NCBI GenBank assembly: GCA_002794035.1
Contig: PCXQ01000001.1
Coordinates: 3,256-67,255 of the forward strand
DNA length: 64,000 bases
From: Candidatus Yanofskybacteria bacterium CG10_big_fil_rev_8_21_14_0_10_36_16
Lineage (GTDB): Bacteria > Patescibacteriota > Minisyncoccia > 2-02-FULL-40-12 > IGHO2-01-FULL-4-A
Reading direction: 5' to 3'
Shown here: in pieces, positions 20,545-29,773 of the stretch
How positions within the stretch are numbered: the stretch's first letter is position 1
How the letters are laid out: each line of letters starts with the position of its first letter
Notes under the pieces: model-generated
Databases searched by the model: none
The model's input: the letters and a program-made list of their open reading frames with translations, nothing else
Told to the model about the DNA's origin: nothing
Made by a program: the position numbers and the translations under genes

Positions 20545-22317
20545 ATGTTAAACATCAAAGTACAACTAATAGCTATAATTATAATAACAGCTTCTGTTGC
20601 TTTGTCAATGGCGTCTGTTTGGAATGATTCGGTGATTGTTGATGAAGTGCCTCACATTGGCGCTGGTTACTCATATCTTAAAAAGCAGGATATGAGAATT
20701 AATCCCGAACATCCCCCCCTAGTTAAAGACTTAGCTGCAATTCCGCTTTTATTTCAAGACATAAACCAAGATGCTTTTAAAGATCCTTCTTGGGCGGAGG
20801 CTTTAAACGGTCAGTGGGTGTTTGGCCGTAATGTTATATTTGGCCAGGGCAATGATTCTCAAAAAATAACTCGTAGTGCAAAAATGCCGATGCTTGTGTT
20901 CTTTGTGCTGTCAGCTATTTTAGTGTTTCAATGGAGTCGTAAGCTTTATGGAGACAAAGCTGGTCTAATGGCTTTGTTTTTATTTTCTTTTTCAACAACT
21001 ATAATGGCTCATTCTCGCTTTGTTACGACAGATGTGGCAGCTATGTTCGGTATCGTTTCAGCTACTTACTTCTATGTTAAATGGCTTGAAGAACACTCTA
21101 ATAAAAATTTATGGATTGCAGGTCTTGTTTTGGGTGTTGCTTTAATTACAAAATTTTCAACTTTTCTACTCCTTCCCTTCTTTTTTATCTTAGCTTTTAT
21201 TTACGGAATTTTATCAACAAATAGGTTTCATACTACCTGCTACTTACTGCTTGTTACCATGGTGATAATTATTATTGCTTTTGTCTTTATCGTTTGGCCT
21301 GTATATTATTTCCACACAATAGGCTATCCAACTGAACGCCAATTGTCTGATACCGTAGAAAACCTAAGCACATATGGTAATCGTAATTTTGCCGATATCG
21401 TGATTTGGATGGCGGATAAACCAGTTTTGCGAGCTTTGGGCCAGTATGGGCTCGGTCTTTTAATGGTTGTCCAGCGTTCTGTTGGAGGCAATACTACGTT
21501 TTTCCTTGGCGAAACATCAAAATATGGCTGGTGGTATTACTTCCCTGTTGTTTATTTCATAAAGGAAACTTTGGCATGGTGGGGACTCGTAATTATGGCT
21601 GTAATTACATTTGTAATAACTAAAACTCTAAGGCCTAGAATCGGACTTAAGGATTTTTTAAAGTCCAACTTCACTCAATTTGCGATGTTTCTTTGGCTCG
21701 TTGTTTATTGGTATACAAGTATGGACAGTACTTTAAATATTGGGGTCAGGCACTTATTACCAGTTTATCCATTTACGATTATTTTGGTGTCAGGACAAAT
21801 AAGCCAAATTGCAGGCAGAATTAAGAGAGAGACACAAACTTTGATTTTTACTTCTAACTTATTGATTATGATTTTGTTTACTTGGTATTTTGTTGAGAAT
21901 ATTCGTGTTTATCCTTATTATCTCACATACTTCAATCAAGCAGTTGGTGGTCCCTTAAATGGATATAAATATGTCGTTGATTCTAATCTTGATTGGGGTC
22001 AGGATTTGAAGCGACTTTCAGATTGGATTGAAAAAAATAATATTAAAAAAATTGAGGTTGATTACTTTGGTTGGGCTGATCAATCATATTATCTTGGTGA
22101 TAAAGTTGTGTGGCTTTCGTCTGAAAAATATGGAGGATATGATGATTTTATCGCTAGAAATAAAACCGACGGCTGGATAGCTGTATCTGCCTCGTTTCTC
22201 CAAGGATCAGAGGGTCCAAAAGAAGAAGGTTTTAAACAGCCAAATTATTTGTGGCTTCATGAGCTTAAGCCAGTAACTGTTATAGGAAATTCAATTTTGA
22301 TATACAATATTAAATAA
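20545..22317 (+). CDS. Glycosyltransferase family 39 (PMT/ArnT-like, undecaprenyl-phosphate-dependent)
   Basis: N-terminal TM then DEVPHIGAGYSYL...RINPEHPPL motif, about 12 TM helices, large C-terminal periplasmic domain. Start chosen at ATG 20545; the track's longer upstream frame is antisense to the zinc-ribbon gene. Confidence 0.6.
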   Translation: MLNIKVQLIAIIIITASVALSMASVWNDSVIVDEVPHIGAGYSYLKKQDMRINPEHPPLVKDLAAIPLLFQDINQDAFKDPSWAEALNGQWVFGRNVIFGQGNDSQKITRSAKMPMLVFFVLSAILVFQWSRKLYGDKAGLMALFLFSFSTTIMAHSRFVTTDVAAMFGIVSATYFYVKWLEEHSNKNLWIAGLVLGVALITKFSTFLLLPFFFILAFIYGILSTNRFHTTCYLLLVTMVIIIIAFVFIVWPVYYFHTIGYPTERQLSDTVENLSTYGNRNFADIVIWMADKPVLRALGQYGLGLLMVVQRSVGGNTTFFLGETSKYGWWYYFPVVYFIKETLAWWGLVIMAVITFVITKTLRPRIGLKDFLKSNFTQFAMFLWLVVYWYTSMDSTLNIGVRHLLPVYPFTIILVSGQISQIAGRIKRETQTLIFTSNLLIMILFTWYFVENIRVYPYYLTYFNQAVGGPLNGYKYVVDSNLDWGQDLKRLSDWIEKNNIKKIEVDYFGWADQSYYLGDKVVWLSSEKYGGYDDFIARNKTDGWIAVSASFLQGSEGPKEEGFKQPNYLWLHELKPVTVIGNSILIYNIK

Positions 22318-22404
22318 ATCTATTTAATATTAGGCATATAAAAAACAACACTATGTGTTGTTTTTTGATAAATTCTGTAAAGATATTGTTACAATGGTCT
22401 GAAA

Positions 22405-22962
22405 CTAGGTTTTCATTAATTCATCTTCTTTCTTTTTTTCCATTTCTTCAATTTTTTTATTGTAGCTGTCTACCAATTCTTGCAAATCTTCTTTTGATTT
22501 GAACTTTTCATCTTCACCTATTTCCTTGTTTTTTTCTAACTTTTGTATTTCATTCCAAGCATCTTCCCTGATTCGTCTTATTTTGATTCGTGTTTCTTCA
22601 GTTTTATTTTTTAATACCTTAACAAATTCTTTGCGCCGTTCTTCTGTTAGGGGCGGAATGTTTAGGCGGATTGTTTGGCCGTCTACCGCAGGATTAAGGC
22701 CTAAATCGCTTTTAGATATGGCACCTCTTATGGCTTCAATTGCATTTGCATCCCATGGTTGAATCATTAATGTCCTAGGCTCAGGCGTTGTTATTGAAGC
22801 AAGCTCTTTTATGTGCATTTTTTGGCCATAAAAATCAACTTGTATATCTTCAACTAAAGACGGGGTTGCCCTTCCAGTCCTAACGGTGCCAACTTCTTTA
22901 TGATAGAAATCTACAGCAGATTCTAAGTTTTGTTTTGTTTTGGATAAAACTTCTTTTAACAT
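22405..22962 (-). CDS. frr: Ribosome recycling factor
   Basis: 185 aa with full RRF architecture. Confidence 0.9.
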   Translation of the reverse strand: MLKEVLSKTKQNLESAVDFYHKEVGTVRTGRATPSLVEDIQVDFYGQKMHIKELASITTPEPRTLMIQPWDANAIEAIRGAISKSDLGLNPAVDGQTIRLNIPPLTEERRKEFVKVLKNKTEETRIKIRRIREDAWNEIQKLEKNKEIGEDEKFKSKEDLQELVDSYNKKIEEMEKKKEDELMKT

Positions 22963-22971
22963 GTTTGTAAA

Positions 22972-23850
22972 TTATAGTGTTAATACAAAATTTTCCATTG
23001 CTAGTCTCTTATTATAATGTGGGTTTGAAATCGTGTAGTGTAATTTTAACAAATTCTTTGCCATTCTGACAACATCGGCTTTGCTTTTGCCGTCATTGTC
23101 TTGTGTTAACTTTGGTCTTAAATAAAGCATCCAGTATAGTATTGTTTTTTCAAGCTCGCCAGCTTTTGATTTATCGACGATATTGGCTACAAACAAAAAT
23201 CTTTCATGGATGTCAGATGATATTAGATCTGATAATTTTTGAACAGCTTTTTTGATATCCTTAAATGAATTTTCTTTTAAAATATTAAAAACCATGCCCG
23301 TTCGGCCATTTGAGAAATCAGATACAAATTTTATCTGTTCTTCAGATAATCCAGTATTGTTATCGTTTAATATCTTGCTGATTACTTGTGGTGAGTGAGC
23401 CGGGAAATAAAATTTTTGGCATCGTGAGAGAATCGTCGGCAATATGGTGTCTGTTTTGTGGCTTATTAATATCATAATTGCGTATGATGGCGGCTCTTCT
23501 ATTATTTTGAGGATTGAGTTTTGGGCCTCCTCTTGCATTTCATGTGCATTGTCTATAATTACGAATTTTAGTTTACCTCCAAATGGGCTTAATGAAAGGA
23601 ATTTCTTTGCCTCCCTTATTTTATCAATGGAAATAGTTTGTCCGCTGTCGGAATGAGAGCTGTCAATAAAAAGAAGATCGTGGGTTGCTGATCCCCCGCT
23701 TCGGGTTATGTGTTTGTTTGCCAACTCCAAGGCTAGTGTTTTTTTGCCTATCATTTCTTGGCCATGAAACAAAAAACTCCCTGAAGGATATTCGGATTTA
23801 AAATAATTATCCAGTATCTTTTTTTGGTTGTTGAATCCAAATATGGTCAC
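22972..23850 (-). CDS. holB: DNA polymerase III delta-prime subunit
   Basis: AAA+-like P-loop GQEMIGKKTLA, SRCQ motif (LSRCQKF). Confidence 0.75.
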   Translation of the reverse strand: MTIFGFNNQKKILDNYFKSEYPSGSFLFHGQEMIGKKTLALELANKHITRSGGSATHDLLFIDSSHSDSGQTISIDKIREAKKFLSLSPFGGKLKFVIIDNAHEMQEEAQNSILKIIEEPPSYAIMILISHKTDTILPTILSRCQKFYFPAHSPQVISKILNDNNTGLSEEQIKFVSDFSNGRTGMVFNILKENSFKDIKKAVQKLSDLISSDIHERFLFVANIVDKSKAGELEKTILYWMLYLRPKLTQDNDGKSKADVVRMAKNLLKLHYTISNPHYNKRLAMENFVLTL

Positions 23851-24026
23851 TACTTTAATACTTTAGCACTTAAATATTCCGATATAAACCCCACCCTTGG
23901 AAATCCACCATAGATCTAGATTAGCAAGTGAAACTGAATTTTCAAGTACAGGTTGAGTACTTTTCTGTTTTTTAATATTGTGGTATATTCACGAAGGTTA
24001 TTTTAAAATTTTTGTGAAGGCTAACA

Positions 24027-24362
24027 ATGTTCACAATGACTGAAAAAGCTGTGGGGGTAGCTTTAAAAGTAATGGCAGAACATTATGTAAATCAGAAATA
24101 TTTACGGATCGGTGTTGTTGGCGGAGGATGTTCAGGATTTCAGTATAGTATGAAATTTGAAGATAAAAAAATTCCTCTTGATAAGGAATATAAATTTAAA
24201 AGCGGACAAAAGGTATTAAAGGTGTTGATTGATTCAGCAAGCATGGTTTTTTTAGAAAATTGTGAAGTTGATTATGTTGAGACACTTGAAAGTTCAGGTT
24301 TTAAGTTTAATAACATAAACGTTAAATCTACTTGCGGATGCGGAAGCTCATTCAGTATATAA
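24027..24362 (+). CDS. HesB/IscA-family Fe-S cluster insertion protein
   Basis: GGGCSGFQY and C-terminal CGCGSSF motifs. Confidence 0.85.
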   Translation: MFTMTEKAVGVALKVMAEHYVNQKYLRIGVVGGGCSGFQYSMKFEDKKIPLDKEYKFKSGQKVLKVLIDSASMVFLENCEVDYVETLESSGFKFNNINVKSTCGCGSSFSI

Positions 24363-24432
24363 TATGCGCGACGTCCTGACACTGCTGTGGAATGGGCGGA
24401 AGCTCATTCAGTATATATTTTTTTTTTAATTT

Positions 24433-24470
24433 AAAACCCCTTGGGTAGTATCCAAGGGGTTTTGTGCTTT
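24433..24470. terminator. Bidirectional intrinsic terminator
   Basis: AAAACCCCTTGG-gtagtat-CCAAGGGGTTTT with T-run. Confidence 0.7.
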
Positions 24471-24481
24471 TGAGACAATAT

Positions 24482-24739
24482 TTAACTCATTGAAGGTGGT
24501 GTAGGACCTTGAGGAGAAGAATTGTTGTCATTCATTGATCCTTCGTCTGAAGAAGGTGTAGAGTCTTGAGGGGCTCCTCCCCCCATTGATTCCCCGCTTG
24601 ATGGAGGTTGCGTCATTGAAGACATGTCTGAAGATCCTGAGTCAGAATCTGAACTGCCGCCTCCTTTTTTGCTCTTTTTAAGCCAGAAATAAACTACTAT
24701 TAAAACGACCAACAGAACTAAACCAATTACAAGTTGCAT
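24482..24739 (-). CDS. Small membrane protein with Ser-rich low-complexity tail
   Basis: N-terminal TM helix, KKSKKGGG, SDS/SS-rich C-terminus. Confidence 0.35.
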   Translation of the reverse strand: MQLVIGLVLLVVLIVVYFWLKKSKKGGGSSDSDSGSSDMSSMTQPPSSGESMGGGAPQDSTPSSDEGSMNDNNSSPQGPTPPSMS

Positions 24740-24932
24740 AATTAAAAACTATAATCACACATAAGACCGGTATTTAAATAAATACACGGTTTATTAGTAA
24801 TTATAAGCCAAAAATCTAGTTATTAATTTAAAATTATAATTTAATATATGGCACTAAACCAAATATTAAATCCTTTTTAAGTATATCACTTTTTGTGGAT
24901 AATTTATCCACTTTTAACCTCATTTTTTATGG

Positions 24933-26060
24933 CTAAGCCATCGCAAGCAGTTTTTGGGCTATTATTTTTGCAGCTTCAGGCTTGGCGAAAGCTTTAATTC
25001 TAGATGCTAACTCTTCTTTCTTGCTTAAAACATTATCCACTGCGTTTATTAGCAGGTTTGTTGTTAGATTGTGTTCTTCTATTATAGTAGCTCCAAATTT
25101 AGATATTTCCATGGCATTTTTTAACTGGTGATTTGAGGGAGAATTCTTTATTGGTACAATTATTGCCGGTTTGCCTAAAAGAGCAATTTCAAAAAGGCTT
25201 CCTGCTCCTGCTCTGGAAACAACAATGTCTGATGCAGCATAAGCTAGTTTCATTTGGTCTGCATTAAAATACGGATAAAGGCGGTAATTACTTCTTACGC
25301 TTGGTGCATAAGTGTTTTCGCCTTCTTTAAGCATAAAATCAACCTGTTCCTGTACTTCTTTTGCCTTGTCTTGACCGCACTGGTGAATTATTTGATACTT
25401 GTAACTCATTTTTACTAGGGACAGCAATACTATCTTGTTTATTGCGCTTGCTCCCTGACTGCCACCCATAAAAAGTATTATGGGTTTTGAATTGTTTAAA
25501 CCAAATGATTTCATTGATCTTTCTTTATCCCCTTCTAGAAGATCTTTTCTAACAGGATTTCCAACAAGCTCTGTTCTTTTAGCCGGGAAATATCCATATG
25601 CTTCTTCAAATGACACAAATATTTTTTTAGCAAATTTAGCCGACCAAGTATTTACTTGTCCCGGTATCGAATCAGATTCGTGGATAACGACAGGAATAAA
25701 AAACAGCCGAGCAGCTAAAAGCGGGGGTACGGCATCATAAGCTCCTTTACTGAACACTATATCAGGCATGTATAGCCACATATAAAAAACAGATTGCAAA
25801 AATCCAAGAGGAAGTTTGATAAGGTCTAGAATGATTTTAATACCACGGTAACTTCTCAATTTACCGCTTAAAACTCTAAGAAAAGGAATTTTGTATTGTC
25901 TTGAAACTTCAGTAAGGTATCCTTTGTTATCGCCCATTAATATTAGTTCAATGTTTTGATTTTGGGACTCGCTTTCTTTTTGGAGTTCCTTAGCTACGGC
26001 AGCCAGAGGAAAAGCGTGTCCTCCGCTTGAGCCGCCAATTAAAAATATTCTTGTACTCAT
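24933..26060 (-). CDS. murG: Undecaprenyldiphospho-muramoylpentapeptide beta-N-acetylglucosaminyltransferase
   Basis: GGSSGGHAFPLAAVA N-terminus; GT28 C-terminal GAGSLFEIALLGKPAIIVP. Confidence 0.75.
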   Translation of the reverse strand: MSTRIFLIGGSSGGHAFPLAAVAKELQKESESQNQNIELILMGDNKGYLTEVSRQYKIPFLRVLSGKLRSYRGIKIILDLIKLPLGFLQSVFYMWLYMPDIVFSKGAYDAVPPLLAARLFFIPVVIHESDSIPGQVNTWSAKFAKKIFVSFEEAYGYFPAKRTELVGNPVRKDLLEGDKERSMKSFGLNNSKPIILFMGGSQGASAINKIVLLSLVKMSYKYQIIHQCGQDKAKEVQEQVDFMLKEGENTYAPSVRSNYRLYPYFNADQMKLAYAASDIVVSRAGAGSLFEIALLGKPAIIVPIKNSPSNHQLKNAMEISKFGATIIEEHNLTTNLLINAVDNVLSKKEELASRIKAFAKPEAAKIIAQKLLAMA

Positions 26061-26150
26061 GTTTTAAATTATACTATAAAAAGTAATTATAATTAAGCGC
26101 ATAATTGAAAATAACCAATAAAAGTGATAGAATACATCTAATATTTTAAG

Positions 26151-26232
26151 GGGCGAGTGATGAAATTGGCAAACATGCACGACTCAAAATCGTGTGCCGC
26201 AAGGCTTGAGGGTTCGAGTCCCTCCTCGCCCA
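26151..26232 (+). tRNA. tRNA-Leu (anticodon CAA)
   Basis: 7-bp acceptor GGGCGAG/CTCGCCC; anticodon stem CACGA/TCGTG with loop CTCAAAA; 13-nt variable arm; T-arm GAGGG-TTCGAGT-CCCTC. No encoded CCA. Confidence 0.8.
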
Positions 26233-26392
26233 CTTTTTATAGCTTATCATAGGGTGCTTAAAATAAATTCAGACAGAAATTAGAGAGCATATGTAGCGGG
26301 GTTAGCCATCGGTGATGGTAATTTGTTTAACCCAAATGGTAGAGCGACAAGATTGAGAATAATTTTAGTAATTTTTCGTATTTTTTAACAAT

Positions 26393-26424
26393 AAAACAGC
26401 CCCGCCACGGCGGGGCTGTTTTAT
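26393..26424. terminator. Bidirectional intrinsic terminator
   Basis: ACAGCCCCGCC-acg-GCGGGGCTGT followed by TTTTATT. Confidence 0.7.
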
Positions 26425-26438
26425 TGTTAAAAAAGTTT

Positions 26439-28874
26439 TTATTGAATAGAGTAAATATATTTTAGTACAGCATTAGCTACTCTTTCTAGACTTTGGGCAC
26501 TACATTTATCAAGCGTATCGCCTGTGGTATGAAATGGCGGATAGTTAAAATCAATTACTAAAAAGCTTGGTATGCCAGCATTGTTAAGCGGTGTGTGGTC
26601 GTCTCTTATTGTTTGTTCCACTTTATCACCAAAAGATTCATTACTTATGTTTTTCGCTATATTCCAAAAGAATTCTACTTGTTTTGGAGCGTTTTTAACT
26701 GATGATTCTTCTTTATATATTTTTAAGTTTTTATCGCATACCATATCAAGAACAAGTGCAGATGTTGGTTTGTTGTTTTTGTATGTACCATTTAAGTGTT
26801 CCGAAAAATATGTAGAGCCAAGGGGTACCCAGTTTCTGTAATTGCCGTTTTGTTTTATGTCCCCTTCCTCCCCATCAAAGAAAACTATATCAATACCAAT
26901 ACTCGGTATTTTGTTGTTATTGTTTAATATCCTTGCAATCTCTACAAGAACGGATACTCCTGAGGCTGAATCATTAGCTCCCGGTACCGGCTTGTCTTTA
27001 TGCATTAAGTCTAAATCGGCAAACTCTTTGCTGTCATAATGTGTTGCCAAGATAAGGCGTTTTTCTTTGTTTGGATAAAAACGGCCGATAATATTCATTA
27101 ATCCATAATTGTTTTTATCCTTATCTTCGTGGTTCCACGATTGTATTATTGTTTCGTGGGCCAGTTCTTTTATTTCAGCATTTAAAAAATCCTGGGTTTT
27201 TTTGTGGCCGGTAGATCCTATATAACGTGGCGCATAGCTTAGTTGTTGTTCTATTGTGGCCAGCATTTCGTCGCCATCGACTAGTTCGGGTTCATTAAAT
27301 GTTCGCTGTATGATGTCTGCTGTCATATAATCAACCGGGGCATAATTATCTGTAAGTATTGGATATAAATCTAAATTATATCTATCAAGGTTAATTAATT
27401 TATCCCCCATCGAACTGATTATGGGGTTTTTGTTTTGTAAAATTTGATTGGCACTTAGATCAATTTGCTTATCGCTGTTATGTCCTACAAAAATAATATT
27501 TTGTGAACCTGTTTTATTTGGGTTTTCGGTTGCAAAAAAGTAGCTGTTAGGAAAAACGCTTCTGAATGTTCTTATTTCCGAAAAAATAAGAGAAGGTTTT
27601 TGTCTTGATAAATTGCCAATCAAATTAGCTATAAATACGCCATTATCAGATAGTTTTTCTTTTGCTGTAATAAAAAATTCCTGCGTGGTGAAGTGAGCAG
27701 GAATGGAAAAAAGTGAATAATACACGTCGCTGAATATCAAGTCATATTTTTTATTAGAATCTCGCAGTAATCGCCGGCCATCCTCGGTGTAGTTATGAAA
27801 ATTGAGATTGTCTTTAAGATCGAAATATTGTTTAGCAAGATTGAAAAGCGATGGTTCTATTTCAGAAATATCAATTGTTGCATTTGGTAATTCTGCAGAA
27901 AGTGCTTTTGGTATAGAATATGCACCGCCTCCTATGACTAAGGCATTTTTGACTTCAGGATTGAATATTTTGTACAGAGAGTAGTATCTGGTGTAGTTAT
28001 ATACCAAATCAGTGGGGTCATTTGAATCAAGAAACATTGCCCCCGATAAACTTTTGTCCTGCTTGAAAACTCTTATTGGTCTTCCTCCGCTTAAGGTGTC
28101 AAAAATGGTTATATTTTCATATATGCCATCTTTGCTGTATAAAACATCTGCTTTAGTTTGGTTAATGATAAAAATGGTGGCCCCGGTTAAAGATATAACT
28201 GCAACAATAGATTTTATTATCCACTTTTTATTAATTCCTAAAAAAACAAGTGGTATAAAACCTAATAAAAATAGAGCTATTCCTGTGCCAATGAAAATAT
28301 AATCAATACCAAAATTTGGTATAAGAACAAATCCTGCAAGCAAGCTTCCCAGAATACTACCAAGTGTAGACCAAAAAAACACTTTGCCTGATATGCTGCC
28401 GATACCCTGTTCGGGCACTTGGACGCTTTGTAATTTTATTGCGTAAGGCGATAGCGTGCCCAACAGAAGAGCTGGTATAAGAAAAAGCAACAAAGAGGAA
28501 ATCAGAGGCCCAGTTATAAGAGAAAAATTGACGCTTAAAATCGGTAAAATTATAGCACCTATAAAATGTATAGTAATAACTAGCAAGCCACTGACAAGAA
28601 TTATTCCAAAAAACCACCTTAATACAGGATATTTGTCGGCAAATTTACCGCCTATGTAATATCCAATGCTTAAAGCTGCCAATATAACGCTTATAACACT
28701 TGATACGGTAAAAATAGTATTGCCATAATGAGGAGACAAAACACGTACAGCAACAACCTCAATGATTAATACGCAAGCTCCTGTAATAAAAACAGAAAGT
28801 GGGAGTAAATTTTGTTTTAGGAATTTATTCATGTATCTTGTTGTAATTGTAACAGGTTGCAAATATTTGCTCAA
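26439..28874 (-). CDS. Fusion protein: polytopic membrane domain + spermidine-synthase-like domain + C-terminal M28 zinc peptidase
   Basis: About 8 N-terminal TM helices. PABS-like fold (VIGGGAYSIP...DLIFSDV). M28 motifs (HYDS, ANDSASGV, FFDGEEGD, HTTGD). Confidence 0.55.
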   Translation of the reverse strand: MSKYLQPVTITTRYMNKFLKQNLLPLSVFITGACVLIIEVVAVRVLSPHYGNTIFTVSSVISVILAALSIGYYIGGKFADKYPVLRWFFGIILVSGLLVITIHFIGAIILPILSVNFSLITGPLISSLLLFLIPALLLGTLSPYAIKLQSVQVPEQGIGSISGKVFFWSTLGSILGSLLAGFVLIPNFGIDYIFIGTGIALFLLGFIPLVFLGINKKWIIKSIVAVISLTGATIFIINQTKADVLYSKDGIYENITIFDTLSGGRPIRVFKQDKSLSGAMFLDSNDPTDLVYNYTRYYSLYKIFNPEVKNALVIGGGAYSIPKALSAELPNATIDISEIEPSLFNLAKQYFDLKDNLNFHNYTEDGRRLLRDSNKKYDLIFSDVYYSLFSIPAHFTTQEFFITAKEKLSDNGVFIANLIGNLSRQKPSLIFSEIRTFRSVFPNSYFFATENPNKTGSQNIIFVGHNSDKQIDLSANQILQNKNPIISSMGDKLINLDRYNLDLYPILTDNYAPVDYMTADIIQRTFNEPELVDGDEMLATIEQQLSYAPRYIGSTGHKKTQDFLNAEIKELAHETIIQSWNHEDKDKNNYGLMNIIGRFYPNKEKRLILATHYDSKEFADLDLMHKDKPVPGANDSASGVSVLVEIARILNNNNKIPSIGIDIVFFDGEEGDIKQNGNYRNWVPLGSTYFSEHLNGTYKNNKPTSALVLDMVCDKNLKIYKEESSVKNAPKQVEFFWNIAKNISNESFGDKVEQTIRDDHTPLNNAGIPSFLVIDFNYPPFHTTGDTLDKCSAQSLERVANAVLKYIYSIQ

Positions 28875-28883
28875 TTTATTGAA

Positions 28884-28910
28884 TAAAAAACGGCCTGTTG
28901 GCCGTTTTTT
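28884..28910. terminator. Intrinsic terminator
   Basis: AAAAAACGGCC-tgtt-GGCCGTTTTTT. Confidence 0.6.
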
Positions 28911-28925
28911 GACAGTGGGTATATT

Positions 28926-29711
28926 TTAAGACAATAAGAATTTGATTAGTTTTTTAGTATCCTTTGTATCCTTAACTTTATAAGCAGGAACGGTGGTTTT
29001 AAGTACTGCGCTATCATTTCCTCCTTCAAACAATGCATCACCGACAAACAGCATGCTGTCATAAGGAATTTTTAGGGTTTTCTTTATTTGTTCAATGCCA
29101 TATTTTTTATCAATTCCCTCTCTTGTTACATCTATGGAGGTTAACCCACCTGCCTTAACTTCCATCTTGGGAAGTTCTTTTTGCAGCATTTTGATCATTT
29201 TCATCCTGGTTTTATTATTTTTTTTCTTCCAATCTTCTTTTGCTTTTACAGGAGCTTTTTGACCAACAGCGGAGAATGTAATTTGAGTTCCTCTGTCTTC
29301 TATTACTTTTCCGTATGCTTTTTTAGGATTTGAGTATCCCAGATCCTCAAATACTTTTTTAAATGCACTAAAAATCTTTTCTTTTTGATCCGGTGTAAAA
29401 TCATAAGAATAAATTTGCTTCCATTTGTTGCCTAAATAACGATAAAAAGTAGTTGAGGTTGTTGGGAATAAAAATAACTTTTCGAGTAATTTTTCGGGGG
29501 CTTTTAGCCTTGATACTAACTGATCACTGAACTGTTTATAGGTTCCTCCTCCAATAACCGCAACATGTTTAGATTCTAAAAGCTTTTTTAGTAATTCCGC
29601 CATTTCTTTATCTAGATTAGATTTGCTCACAGTCAGTGTGCCGTCTAAATCAAAAACAATCAAACTTTTATCTTTTGGTACCTCGCTTAGCTTTATAATT
29701 GGTTTTTTCAT
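28926..29711 (-). CDS. HAD-superfamily hydrolase (IIB-like)
   Basis: FDLDGTLT motif I; C-terminal GDALFEGGND motif. Confidence 0.6.
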   Translation of the reverse strand: MKKPIIKLSEVPKDKSLIVFDLDGTLTVSKSNLDKEMAELLKKLLESKHVAVIGGGTYKQFSDQLVSRLKAPEKLLEKLFLFPTTSTTFYRYLGNKWKQIYSYDFTPDQKEKIFSAFKKVFEDLGYSNPKKAYGKVIEDRGTQITFSAVGQKAPVKAKEDWKKKNNKTRMKMIKMLQKELPKMEVKAGGLTSIDVTREGIDKKYGIEQIKKTLKIPYDSMLFVGDALFEGGNDSAVLKTTVPAYKVKDTKDTKKLIKFLLS

Positions 29712-29773
29712 TTTATTTTTGCTATCTTTTTCTTAATGATATTAATTAATAATCTTTAAGAAAAAATAAGTTT

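Noticed and set aside
26285-26350. Possible second tRNA after tRNA-Leu (GGTAGAGCG D-loop-like string)
   Set aside because: No T-arm (GTTC) or acceptor pairing could be built on either strand.
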